A stretch of DNA of 64,000 bases, from assembly GCA_025936735.1 (NCBI GenBank), contig JAICSU010000001.1, positions 4,352-68,351 on the forward strand, given 5' to 3'. Origin of the DNA: Amnibacterium sp. Lineage in GTDB: Bacteria; Actinomycetota; Actinomycetes; Actinomycetales; Microbacteriaceae. Within the stretch, counting starts at the first letter, position 1. Each line of letters opens with the position of its first letter. This document shows positions 19,900 through 27,907 of this stretch, one piece after another. Made by a program: the position numbers and the translations under genes. The notes beneath the pieces are model-generated. The model had not been told where the DNA came from. It worked only from the letters and a program-made list of their open reading frames with translations, and searched no databases.

Positions 19900-20817
19900 G
19901 TGGCCACGCTGCGTTCGACGAGCCCGCGGGTGACCCGCCGGGCGCAAGCCCGCCTGGGCGTTCTGCTCGTGGCCCCGCTGATGGTCCTCACGATCATCTT
20001 CTTCGTCTTCCCCCTGCTGTCCTCCCTCTACTACTCGGTCATCTCGTACGACGGCGTGAGCGCCGACCCGCCGTTCGTCGGGCTGGCGAACTTCGTCCAG
20101 CTCTTCACGGACGCCGAGGTGTGGCACGCCCTGGGCAACAACCTGATCTGGATCGTGATCGGGACGATCTCGCCGCTCGTGATCGGCCTCGTGTTCGCCC
20201 TGCTGCTCTGGACCGTGAAGCGGGGAAGCCGGTACTACAGGCTCGCCCTGTTCTTCCCCTACGTCATGCCCGGCATCGCGATCGGCATCGTCTGGGGCTG
20301 GATCTACGACCCCATCAACGGCTGGCTCAACGTCGCGCTGCGCGCCGTCGGGCTGGGCGCGCTCACCACCGGATGGCTCGGGAACCCCAGCACGGCTCTC
20401 TTCGCCGTCCTCGCGACAGCGATCTGGGCCACCTGCGGATTCGTCATGCTGATCTTCCTGTCCGCGCTGCAGAACGTGGACATGGAGCTGATCGACGCCG
20501 CGCGCCTGGATCGGGCGAACGCCGTGCAGCGGGTCCAGCACGTGATCCTGCCGCAGATCATGCCCGTGTTCCTCATGGTGACGACCGTGACACTGGTCGG
20601 GGGATTCAGCGTCTTCGACATCGTCTTCATCATGACCGGCGGCGGTCCGGCCAATGCGAGCGATGTGCTCGGGACCTACGCCTTCACCAATGCCTTCCAG
20701 CTGAACCAGATCAGCTACGGCACGGTGATCGCGCTGCTCATCACCGCGCTGTCCATCCCCTGCGCGGTGGCGCTGAACCGACTGCAGCGCCGGCTCTCAC
20801 TCGAAGGGATGGGTTGA
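19900..20817 (+). CDS. Sugar ABC transporter permease
   Basis: FVGLANF, EAA-loop (ELIDAARLDRAN), FDIVFIMTGGGP. Confidence 0.92.
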   Translation: MATLRSTSPRVTRRAQARLGVLLVAPLMVLTIIFFVFPLLSSLYYSVISYDGVSADPPFVGLANFVQLFTDAEVWHALGNNLIWIVIGTISPLVIGLVFALLLWTVKRGSRYYRLALFFPYVMPGIAIGIVWGWIYDPINGWLNVALRAVGLGALTTGWLGNPSTALFAVLATAIWATCGFVMLIFLSALQNVDMELIDAARLDRANAVQRVQHVILPQIMPVFLMVTTVTLVGGFSVFDIVFIMTGGGPANASDVLGTYAFTNAFQLNQISYGTVIALLITALSIPCAVALNRLQRRLSLEGMG

Positions 20818-21734
20818 TGACGAGGCTCGAGGATCCGGCACTCCCGGCGCTGGACGACGCGGCGGTCGGCGTGAGCGCGGCGGTCACGAAGGTGGGGCGG
20901 CCCGGTCGGGGCAGGCGGCGGCTGAACACGGCCGGACAGCACGTCCTGCTGGCCGCGCTCTCCCTGCTCTGGCTGGCACCGATCATCCTGATCGTGTCGA
21001 CCGCGCTGAAGACGAGGGCCGACGTGCAGTCCAACCCCTTCGGGCTGTTCAGCTCCTTCTCCTTCGAGAACCTCGTCGCGGCCTGGACCGGCGGGCAGTT
21101 CAGCGACTACCTGCTGAACAGCATCCTCCTGTCGATCCCGAGCACCTTGCTGATCCTGCTCCTGTCGACGATGGGCGGCTATGCGTTCGCGCGCCTCCCG
21201 TTCCCGGGACGAACGGCGGCGTTCTACACGGTGATCCTCGGGCTGCTCGTGCCCTTCTTCGCCTTCATGATCCCGCTGTACTTCCAGCTGAGGAGCATGG
21301 GTCTGCTCGACACCCTCGTCGGCGTCGATCTGGTGCTGACCGTGACGGGTCTGCCGTTCGGGACCTTCTTCATGCGGGCGTTCTTCCTCGACCTCCCCGC
21401 GGAGCTCGAGCAGTCGGCCAGGGTCGACGGTGCCGGCGAGTGGCAGATCTTCTGGCGGATCATGCTCCCGCTCGTGCGATCCGGCATCACCGGCCTCGGA
21501 GTCTTCACGTTCATCCAGACCTGGAACAACTTCCTGGTACCGCTGCTCTATCTGCCTGGCGGCGGGTTCCGACCCTTGACCACCGGCCTGCTGCAGTTCA
21601 CGAGCGGTCGGCAGATCGACATCGGGCCCCTCGCGGCGGCGACTCTCATCACGATCCTGCCCGTGGTGATCGTGTTCCTGGTCATGCAGCGGCAGGTGGC
21701 ACAGGGCTTCATCTCCGGCGCGGTCAAGGGCTGA
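20817..21734 (+). CDS. Sugar ABC transporter permease
   Basis: LPAELEQSARVDGA, WNNFLVP, GAVKG C-terminus; TGATG coupling. Confidence 0.92.
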   Translation: MTRLEDPALPALDDAAVGVSAAVTKVGRPGRGRRRLNTAGQHVLLAALSLLWLAPIILIVSTALKTRADVQSNPFGLFSSFSFENLVAAWTGGQFSDYLLNSILLSIPSTLLILLLSTMGGYAFARLPFPGRTAAFYTVILGLLVPFFAFMIPLYFQLRSMGLLDTLVGVDLVLTVTGLPFGTFFMRAFFLDLPAELEQSARVDGAGEWQIFWRIMLPLVRSGITGLGVFTFIQTWNNFLVPLLYLPGGGFRPLTTGLLQFTSGRQIDIGPLAAATLITILPVVIVFLVMQRQVAQGFISGAVKG

Positions 21735-21744
21735 TCGGCGCGGA

Positions 21745-21770
21745 TCGGGGGGCCGCGAGCGGCCTCCCGA
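21745..21770 (+). other. Intra-operonic GC-rich stem-loop
   Basis: TCGGGGGGCCGC-GA-GCGGCCTCCCGA just after the permease stop. Confidence 0.45.
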
Positions 21771-21813
21771 GCGGCGTTCCTCGCGAGCACTACGGACAGA
21801 AAAGGAATCACGC

Positions 21814-22863
21814 ATGGCAACGATGGTCAGCTTCACCGGACCTCGCACGGCTCAGGTCGTCGAGGAGGCGACGAGGCCGCTCGGCGACGCCGAGGTGCGC
21901 ATCCGCACCCTGTACTCGGGCATCTCGGCGGGAACGGAGCTGACCGCCTACCGCGGCAGCAACCCCTACCTCACGAAACGGTGGGATGAGGCCGGCCGAC
22001 TCTTCGTGGACGACGCGACGAGCATCGACTACCCGGTCGACGGATGGGGCTACGAGGAGGTCGGCGAAGTCACGGAGGTGGGACCCGCGGTCACCGCCGT
22101 CCACGTCGGGGACCGCATCTGGGGCACGTGGGGCCATCGGTCCGAGACCGTCCAGGGCGAGGCCCAGGCGGCCGCGCGGATCCTGCCGCTCGGCACGGAC
22201 CCGAGGATCGGCATCTTCAGCCAGATCGGCGCCATCGCGCTCAACGTCATCCTCGATGCCGACATCCACGTCGGAGAGACGGTCGCCGTGTTCGGGCTCG
22301 GTGTCCCCGGGCAGCTCGTCGCGCAGCTCGCCCGGCTCAACGGCGCCCGGGTCATCGCGGTGGACGGCATCGCAAGCCGCCGCGACCTGGCCAAGAGCCT
22401 CGGCGCCCACCATGTCCTGGACGCCCGCGAGGGGTCCGTGGGAGAACGGATCCGCGAACTGACCGACGGCCGGGGCGCAGACGTCTGCCTCGAGGTCACC
22501 GGCAACTACGCGGCGCTGCACGAGGCCATCCGGTCGGTCGCCTACAGCTCCCGTGTGGTCGCCGCCGGGTTCATGCAGGGCGAGGGCTCGGGGCTCCGGC
22601 TCGGCGAGGAGTTCCATCACAACCGTGTCGCGGTGATCGCCTCGCAGATCTCGGGCGTGGCTCCGGCCCTCCAGCACCGCTGGGATCGCTACCGGCTCGC
22701 GTCGACCGCCATCAGGCTGGCCGTCGAGGGGCGCCTCGACGTCACCTCCCTGATCTCGCACTCGTTGCCGGTCTCGCGGGCCGGCGACGCCTTCCAGATG
22801 CTGGACGAGCGTCCGCAGGACGCCCTTCAGGTCGTCCTGTCCTTCGGAGAGGCGGGGGAGTGA
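21814..22863 (+). CDS. Zinc-binding MDR dehydrogenase (YcjQ-like)
   Basis: YSGISAGTEL, GYEEVGEV, VFGLGVPG, LGEEFHHN; AAAGGA RBS. Confidence 0.85.
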   Translation: MATMVSFTGPRTAQVVEEATRPLGDAEVRIRTLYSGISAGTELTAYRGSNPYLTKRWDEAGRLFVDDATSIDYPVDGWGYEEVGEVTEVGPAVTAVHVGDRIWGTWGHRSETVQGEAQAAARILPLGTDPRIGIFSQIGAIALNVILDADIHVGETVAVFGLGVPGQLVAQLARLNGARVIAVDGIASRRDLAKSLGAHHVLDAREGSVGERIRELTDGRGADVCLEVTGNYAALHEAIRSVAYSSRVVAAGFMQGEGSGLRLGEEFHHNRVAVIASQISGVAPALQHRWDRYRLASTAIRLAVEGRLDVTSLISHSLPVSRAGDAFQMLDERPQDALQVVLSFGEAGE

Positions 22864-23654
22864 GCTTCCGACTGGCCGCGCAGGAGTCCATGCTCGACGG
22901 GGAGACCCTGGAGGAGAAGTTCGCCTTCGCCCAGGCGCACGGCTTCGACGGGATCGAGCTGTCGGGGGCAGGCGGCGGCGTGTTCGCGGGCCGTCGCGAC
23001 GAGCTCGCCCGGGCCCGGGCCGCCGGTGTGGTGATGCCCTCCGCGGTCGTGGCCATGCCGCACTTCGTCGGGGACTTCGATGAGGCCGATCGGCGAGCGG
23101 CCATCGAGGACGTGAAAGCGATGCTGGGCGTCCTCCCCGAGGCCGGTGCTGCGGGCATCGTGATGCCCAACGGCTTCGCCGTCTTCTCCAAGCGCCTCCC
23201 GCCGTTCGATCCGCCCCGCTCGGACGAGCGCTCCCGGGCGGAGCTGGTCGACGCGCTCCGCGAGCTCGGGCGGCACGGCGAGGAGGTGGGGGCGAAGGTG
23301 TTCCTGGAACCGTTGAACCGGTACGAGGACTACCTGGTGAACACGCTCGCCGACGCGGTCTCGATCGTGGACGAGGTCGGTTCGAGCGCGGTCTCGGTGA
23401 TCGCCGACACCTTCCACATGTCGATCGAGGAGGCGGACATCGGCGCTGCGATCCGCGCTGCCGGAGGGCACATCGAGCATGTCCAGCTCGGTGACAGTGA
23501 TCGCCTGGAGCCGGGGCACGGCCATTACGACTGGCCGGAGACCCTCGAGGCCCTGGCGGCGATCGGCTACGACGGATGGCTGGCGATGGAGTGCCGGCTC
23601 TCGGGGCCGCCGGCCCAGGTGCTCCCGCGGGTCGCGGAGCTCCTCGGACGCTGA
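22860..23654 (+). CDS. 3-keto-glycoside epimerase-like TIM barrel (YcjR-like)
   Basis: EEKF..GFDGIE, FSKRLPPFDPPRS, LEPLNRYEDYLVNTLADA, DTFHMSIEE resemble E. coli YcjR as recalled; GTGA overlap. Confidence 0.85.
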   Translation: MSFRLAAQESMLDGETLEEKFAFAQAHGFDGIELSGAGGGVFAGRRDELARARAAGVVMPSAVVAMPHFVGDFDEADRRAAIEDVKAMLGVLPEAGAAGIVMPNGFAVFSKRLPPFDPPRSDERSRAELVDALRELGRHGEEVGAKVFLEPLNRYEDYLVNTLADAVSIVDEVGSSAVSVIADTFHMSIEEADIGAAIRAAGGHIEHVQLGDSDRLEPGHGHYDWPETLEALAAIGYDGWLAMECRLSGPPAQVLPRVAELLGR

Positions 23655-23676
23655 CCAGTGCGGAGCTGGGTCCTTC

Positions 23677-24747
23677 CTACGGTGAGAGGATCGCGCTGAG
23701 GTCGGGATAGATCTCGTCCAGCTCGTTGGGGCGCCGGTGATCCAGCACGTCATCGAAGCGGGGAAGGCTGAAGTAGACGTTGCGCAGCTCGGTGCGCGCG
23801 GCCGCGAACTCGCCGCCGACGTCCACCCGCACCAGCCGCTTCGGCCCGGAGGTCCCGGGGAACGTGCGAGAACGAGCGACCCAGGCGCCCTCCGTCGGAC
23901 GGTTCCTGGTCCTCCCCAGAGGGCGGGATTCGGCGAGGTCGTCGCCCACGGGCCCCGCGCTCTCGCCCGGCGACTCATGCGCGCCCGGGGGATCGCAGAC
24001 CTCGTAGTACACGTGCACCGGCTGGGGATAGGAGCACGCCGGGAGGTACGCGACGAACCCGGCCCACTGCTCCCTCCCCGCCGGCCAGGCGATCGCGGCG
24101 GTGCGGGGATCCGAGAACCGGACCCCACCCTCCCGGAGGAGGGCGCGCGCCCCGTGATACGCCGGCTGGATCGGCGATCGCTGGACGAGTGAGAGGTTCT
24201 TCGCGAAGTCCGCTTCGCTCGACAGCGCCACGATCTGGTTCCGCAGCGCCAGCGTCGGATTGGTCGAACGGACGGCGACCGCGACGCGGCGTATCGCCAC
24301 CTCGGCCTCCGGGTCGTCGAAGCAGATGCGGAGGAGAACGCCCTCGCCACGACCGACCCGGCCTCGCACGAGATAAGGCACGCGGAACTCTCTGAAGTGG
24401 CTCGCGAGCGCGCCGGGCGCGAGAACCTGGGAGGCGCCGAGGTCGTCCACCTCCCCGCCCGTGATCGCCAGGAACTCCACCCTCAGCGTGTCCACGCCGC
24501 CCCGGATCAGCATCGCCTCGAACTCCACGAGCACGTCGTCTCCGGGACGGATGCCGAAGAAGGCCGACTCGATGCTCGGTCCGCTCGCCCCCGACTTCAG
24601 CCTGAAGGAGGACTCCATGGGGTGCGTGCAGAGGATCGATCCCGTTCGGGACCGGTCATGTGCGGAGCGATCGAACGTGACGGTCGGCGACCTCTGCGCC
24701 CCGAGCCCGGAGTTGAGCGGGACGATCAGCACCTGGTGCTCGATCAC
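23677..24747 (-). CDS. Hypothetical beta-rich cytoplasmic protein
   Basis: 356-aa ORF with GTGA coupling to the upstream GDPD; no family recognised. Confidence 0.65.
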   Translation of the reverse strand: MIEHQVLIVPLNSGLGAQRSPTVTFDRSAHDRSRTGSILCTHPMESSFRLKSGASGPSIESAFFGIRPGDDVLVEFEAMLIRGGVDTLRVEFLAITGGEVDDLGASQVLAPGALASHFREFRVPYLVRGRVGRGEGVLLRICFDDPEAEVAIRRVAVAVRSTNPTLALRNQIVALSSEADFAKNLSLVQRSPIQPAYHGARALLREGGVRFSDPRTAAIAWPAGREQWAGFVAYLPACSYPQPVHVYYEVCDPPGAHESPGESAGPVGDDLAESRPLGRTRNRPTEGAWVARSRTFPGTSGPKRLVRVDVGGEFAAARTELRNVYFSLPRFDDVLDHRRPNELDEIYPDLSAILSP

Positions 24748-25469
24748 CGGCGCCGCCCTCCCGGGAGCTCGCAATCCGTCTCGACGTACGCCACACCGGC
24801 TCGCGCCCATCGATCGGCATCGCGGAACGTGTCTGCCGCCCAGGCGTAGACGGGGATGCCGGCGGCGTTGCAGGCGCGGATCGCCTCCTCGGTGAGCGTC
24901 GACGAGCGGTAGGCGAGGATCGGGTGGCGGTGCCGCTCCCTCGCCACCGCGATGTCCTCGTGGACGGAGCCGACGTCGGTCGCCCAGATCACCGGGAGCT
25001 CCGGGACGACTCGAGCGAAGGTGACCCGGTCCTCCGCCGAGGGCAGCGAGATCGCCGACCGGTCCGCGATGCCGGCCGTGCGCAGCATCTCCCAGAGCTC
25101 CTCAGCGAGCGCGTCGCTCCACGGGAACTTGCCGCCGTCGACGTTCAGGCCCATTCCCCAGGAGCCGGCTTCGACCGCTGCCGACATGAAGCGGGGAGGG
25201 TGCAGCACCTCGTCGGGGTCCATCAGCGCCGGTTCGCTCACGATCCGGAGTCGATCCACCTCAGCGGCGTGGAGGGACGACAGGGGCCCCCTGCCATCCG
25301 TGGTCCGGTCGACCGTCTGATCGTGCATGAGGAACCAGACCCCGTCCGAGGAGATGGCCGGATCGACCTCGCACATGACGAAGCCGTGCCGGCCCGCTTC
25401 GGCGATCGCCTTGAGCGTGTTCTCGGGTCCCGCGGCCTGCAGGCCGCGGTGGCCGACGAAACCCATCAT
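24744..25469 (-). CDS. Glycerophosphodiester phosphodiesterase family protein
   Basis: FVGHRGL..PENT, CEVD, LMHDQTVDRTTDG, VETD; AAGGAG RBS. Confidence 0.85.
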   Translation of the reverse strand: MMGFVGHRGLQAAGPENTLKAIAEAGRHGFVMCEVDPAISSDGVWFLMHDQTVDRTTDGRGPLSSLHAAEVDRLRIVSEPALMDPDEVLHPPRFMSAAVEAGSWGMGLNVDGGKFPWSDALAEELWEMLRTAGIADRSAISLPSAEDRVTFARVVPELPVIWATDVGSVHEDIAVARERHRHPILAYRSSTLTEEAIRACNAAGIPVYAWAADTFRDADRWARAGVAYVETDCELPGGRRR

Positions 25470-25532
25470 CAAGCGGCTCCTTCATCGGACGGCATCTCCA
25501 TCACGGGTGCCCCCGGGAAGCCACCCCGCTCA

Positions 25533-25569
25533 GAAACTGAAGGTACGACAAATTTCGACGGGAGCGCAA
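25533..25569 (-). promoter_or_regulatory. Promoter (TTGCGC-18-TACCTT) with operator AAATTTGTCGTACCTTCAGTTTC
   Basis: Minus-strand 25555-25533 matches the 14006 site at 17/23 with the same promoter geometry. Confidence 0.6.
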
Positions 25570-25628
25570 TTCCACTGCTCCTCCCTGACCGGCACGCCGC
25601 GCCGCGGAGCAGGCGCGCTCGCCGCGGA

Positions 25629-26354
25629 TCAGGGCCGTCGGATCGGACGAGACCGCAGCAGCGCGACGACGGCGAGCGCGGCGGCGATGACCGCGAGCAC
25701 GAGCCCCGCGGCGGCGAGCACCGTCGCCACCGTCACGTCGCCCGCGCCGGCGGCGGGCTGCGCGCTCAAGCCGACCGTTCCCGTGGTGAGACGTTCGGTC
25801 GCGGGCGGGGCGTCGTCGACGTACAACACCGGGGCGGGCCGGTCGGGCTCCTCGCCGCTCGCTGGCGTTGCTTCGCCCCACGTCACGACCTTGCCGTCCG
25901 AGTAGGTCTGCGTCGTGGGGAAGGCGATCCGGCCCGTGTCGGGCATCGGGCCGACGCTCAGGACGAAGTCCTGGAACTGCCCGCCCGCGAGCTTGGTGCC
26001 GGGATCCGCCGTCCAGACGACGCGGAGGGGTGCCTCGGTGACCGTGGTGCCGTCCACCTTCGCCGGGCGCGGGAGCTTCCCGTCGACCACGGTCGCGGTC
26101 CATCCGGTCACCGGCTGGTAGGACACGTCGCCGAAGGGGGTCGCCGTCGGCAGGTCGATCACCACGCGGGTCGTGGTGGCGGCGCCCGACTCCGTCGGGA
26201 CCGAGAAGGTCAGCAGGGTGTCGTCGGCGCCGGCGACGGCCTGCTTCGGATAGACGCGGACGTGCGCGCTGGCCGACAGCGGCGCGGCGAGCACGAGGGC
26301 GACGGCCGCGAGCGCGGCGACACCGCCCCGGGACAGGAGCTTGGGTGATGACAT
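25629..26354 (-). CDS. ycnI: YcnI/DUF1775-family copper-binding membrane-anchored protein
   Basis: Signal peptide ending ASA|H, FSVPTE, QTYSDG.V.W, PAP, C-terminal TM; GAGGA RBS. Confidence 0.88.
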   Translation of the reverse strand: MSSPKLLSRGGVAALAAVALVLAAPLSASAHVRVYPKQAVAGADDTLLTFSVPTESGAATTTRVVIDLPTATPFGDVSYQPVTGWTATVVDGKLPRPAKVDGTTVTEAPLRVVWTADPGTKLAGGQFQDFVLSVGPMPDTGRIAFPTTQTYSDGKVVTWGEATPASGEEPDRPAPVLYVDDAPPATERLTTGTVGLSAQPAAGAGDVTVATVLAAAGLVLAVIAAALAVVALLRSRPIRRP

Positions 26355-26486
26355 GGGTTCCTCACACGACGGGGCCGCGCGGCGGCGGCCCGGTTCTGCA
26401 GTGGCGGCGCGCGGTCGCGCGCCCGTTGCCCCGGACTCACCGGGGAGGGATCAGTGCTGCGGAACCGGTACGGGAGGACCCCGTCT
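26355..26486 (-). promoter_or_regulatory. Putative translational attenuator pairing the RGPP/stop region with the ycnI initiation region
   Basis: 26477-26485 complementary to 26368-26376 (9 bp, one G-U); 26457-26468 to 26390-26401 (11/12); two internal hairpins. Confidence 0.55.
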
Positions 26487-27083
26487 GGCGCTCACCTCCA
26501 GCACGCGGGCGAGGTGGAACGACGGCACCGCCTCGATCCGGAGGAGCTGGAGGGACCGCCGTGGGGACGTGCCGCTGCGGATGCGCGCGGGGACGACCGC
26601 TCTGCGCAGCCGCGCGGCGAGGCCCGCGAGCGCCCAGAACGCCGCCTCGCCACGGTTCCACGCCAGGACAGTCAGCAGCGCCGCGGCGGCGTGCGCCAGC
26701 CACATGCCGGGCGCCGGCATGGGCATCGCCGGCATGGCCACGACGGGCCCGGTCCCCATCCCCGGCATCGCGGCCATCGGTGCGGGCGGAACCGGCATCG
26801 TGCTCCCCGGCGGGGTGGCCGCGAGCGTGAAGAGCGCGTGGAGCGCGCACTCCGAGAGGCCGATGACGAGCGCCTGCCGGAGAAGGGACAGCCGCCGGCC
26901 GATGAGCAGCACGGCGGGGAGCCACGAGAGCACGCAGACCGTCGCCACCAGCAGGACGGGCGGCATCGCTCCCCCTCCGGCGAGGTGGGAGGCGAGGGCG
27001 ACCAGCGTGGCGAAGGACGACCCTCCGACCGCGCGCGTGGCCCGCACCCGGCGGTGCGCGAGGTCGGCCGGGCCACCCGTCAC
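26451..27083 (-). CDS. Membrane protein with His-containing TMs, Met-rich loop and C-terminal RGPP motif (putative arrest leader)
   Basis: ASHLAGG, ALHALF, MWLAH; 8 Met in a Pro/Met loop; ends RRGPPVPVPQH*; TACGCT + 7 nt + GTG leaderless start. Confidence 0.75.
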   Translation of the reverse strand: MTGGPADLAHRRVRATRAVGGSSFATLVALASHLAGGGAMPPVLLVATVCVLSWLPAVLLIGRRLSLLRQALVIGLSECALHALFTLAATPPGSTMPVPPAPMAAMPGMGTGPVVAMPAMPMPAPGMWLAHAAAALLTVLAWNRGEAAFWALAGLAARLRRAVVPARIRSGTSPRRSLQLLRIEAVPSFHLARVLEVSARRGPPVPVPQH

Positions 27084-27213
27084 GGCGTCCAGCGTAGGGC
27101 GGCCGGTCCGCGGGCCTGCCGAGGTGCTCTCGGCGGCCACATCGTCGGTGATCCGCTCGGACCGTTCAGGCAACGGCCCGCCCCCGCCCAGGTCGCCCCG
27201 GCACCATGACGGG

Positions 27214-27333
27214 ATGAGCGACCCCCACGAGACCGAGCAGGCCGATGGCGAGGACCCCGAGGAGCTGCCCGACGGCTCCGGGCCCGTCTCCCACCCGGAC
27301 CCGGACGGCGACCCGGACCAGTTCCAGGGCTGA
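27214..27333 (+). CDS. Small acidic 39-aa hypothetical protein
   Basis: MSDPHETEQADGEDPEELPDGSGPVSHPDPDGDPDQFQG*; high GC3; CACCAT + 6 nt + ATG. Confidence 0.5.
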   Translation: MSDPHETEQADGEDPEELPDGSGPVSHPDPDGDPDQFQG

Positions 27334-27342
27334 GCCCGGACG

Positions 27343-27792
27343 TCACGCCTGCCGCGCGGTGAACCGGTAGACGTTCGTGTTCCGCAGCTCGAAGCCGAGC
27401 CGCTGGTAGAGGCGGTTCGCAGCCTCCCTGCTCGGACGCGACGTGAGATCGACCGTGCGGGCCCCTGCCTCGAACGCGAGGTCCAGCGCGCGGCGCACGA
27501 GCAGCGCACCGACGCCGCCGCCCCGCACCCCCTCGTCCACGACGACGTCCTCGATCCAGGCGCGCACGCCCGTCGGGATGGCGAACACCGCGAGGGTGAG
27601 CATGCCCACCGCCCGGCCCTCCGCGGACTCGGCGACGAGGAGGTGCGTCGCCTCGGCGGACGCGATCGCCTGCCACTGGGCCCGGGTCGGCGCGGGACTG
27701 GAGCTCGACAGCTGCGGCACGAGGGCTGCGAGGGCGCTCGCGAGCTCCTCCGAGACGTCGTCGACCACGGTCACTCGGTAGGGCGCGTCCAT
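27343..27792 (-). CDS. GNAT-family N-acetyltransferase
   Basis: IEDVVVDEGVRGGGVG, VDLTSRPSREAANRLYQRLGF; leaderless TACCGT. Confidence 0.9.
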   Translation of the reverse strand: MDAPYRVTVVDDVSEELASALAALVPQLSSSSPAPTRAQWQAIASAEATHLLVAESAEGRAVGMLTLAVFAIPTGVRAWIEDVVVDEGVRGGGVGALLVRRALDLAFEAGARTVDLTSRPSREAANRLYQRLGFELRNTNVYRFTARQA

Positions 27793-27907
27793 CCGGCACA
27801 CGGTAGCGGCGGCCGTCCCGGAGCCGCCTGTGGGCCCGCTCGACGGGATCGCGCACGGCCGCGTCCGGCGGTGCACCATGGGACCGCAGCGAGACCGGGA
27901 GGAGCCC

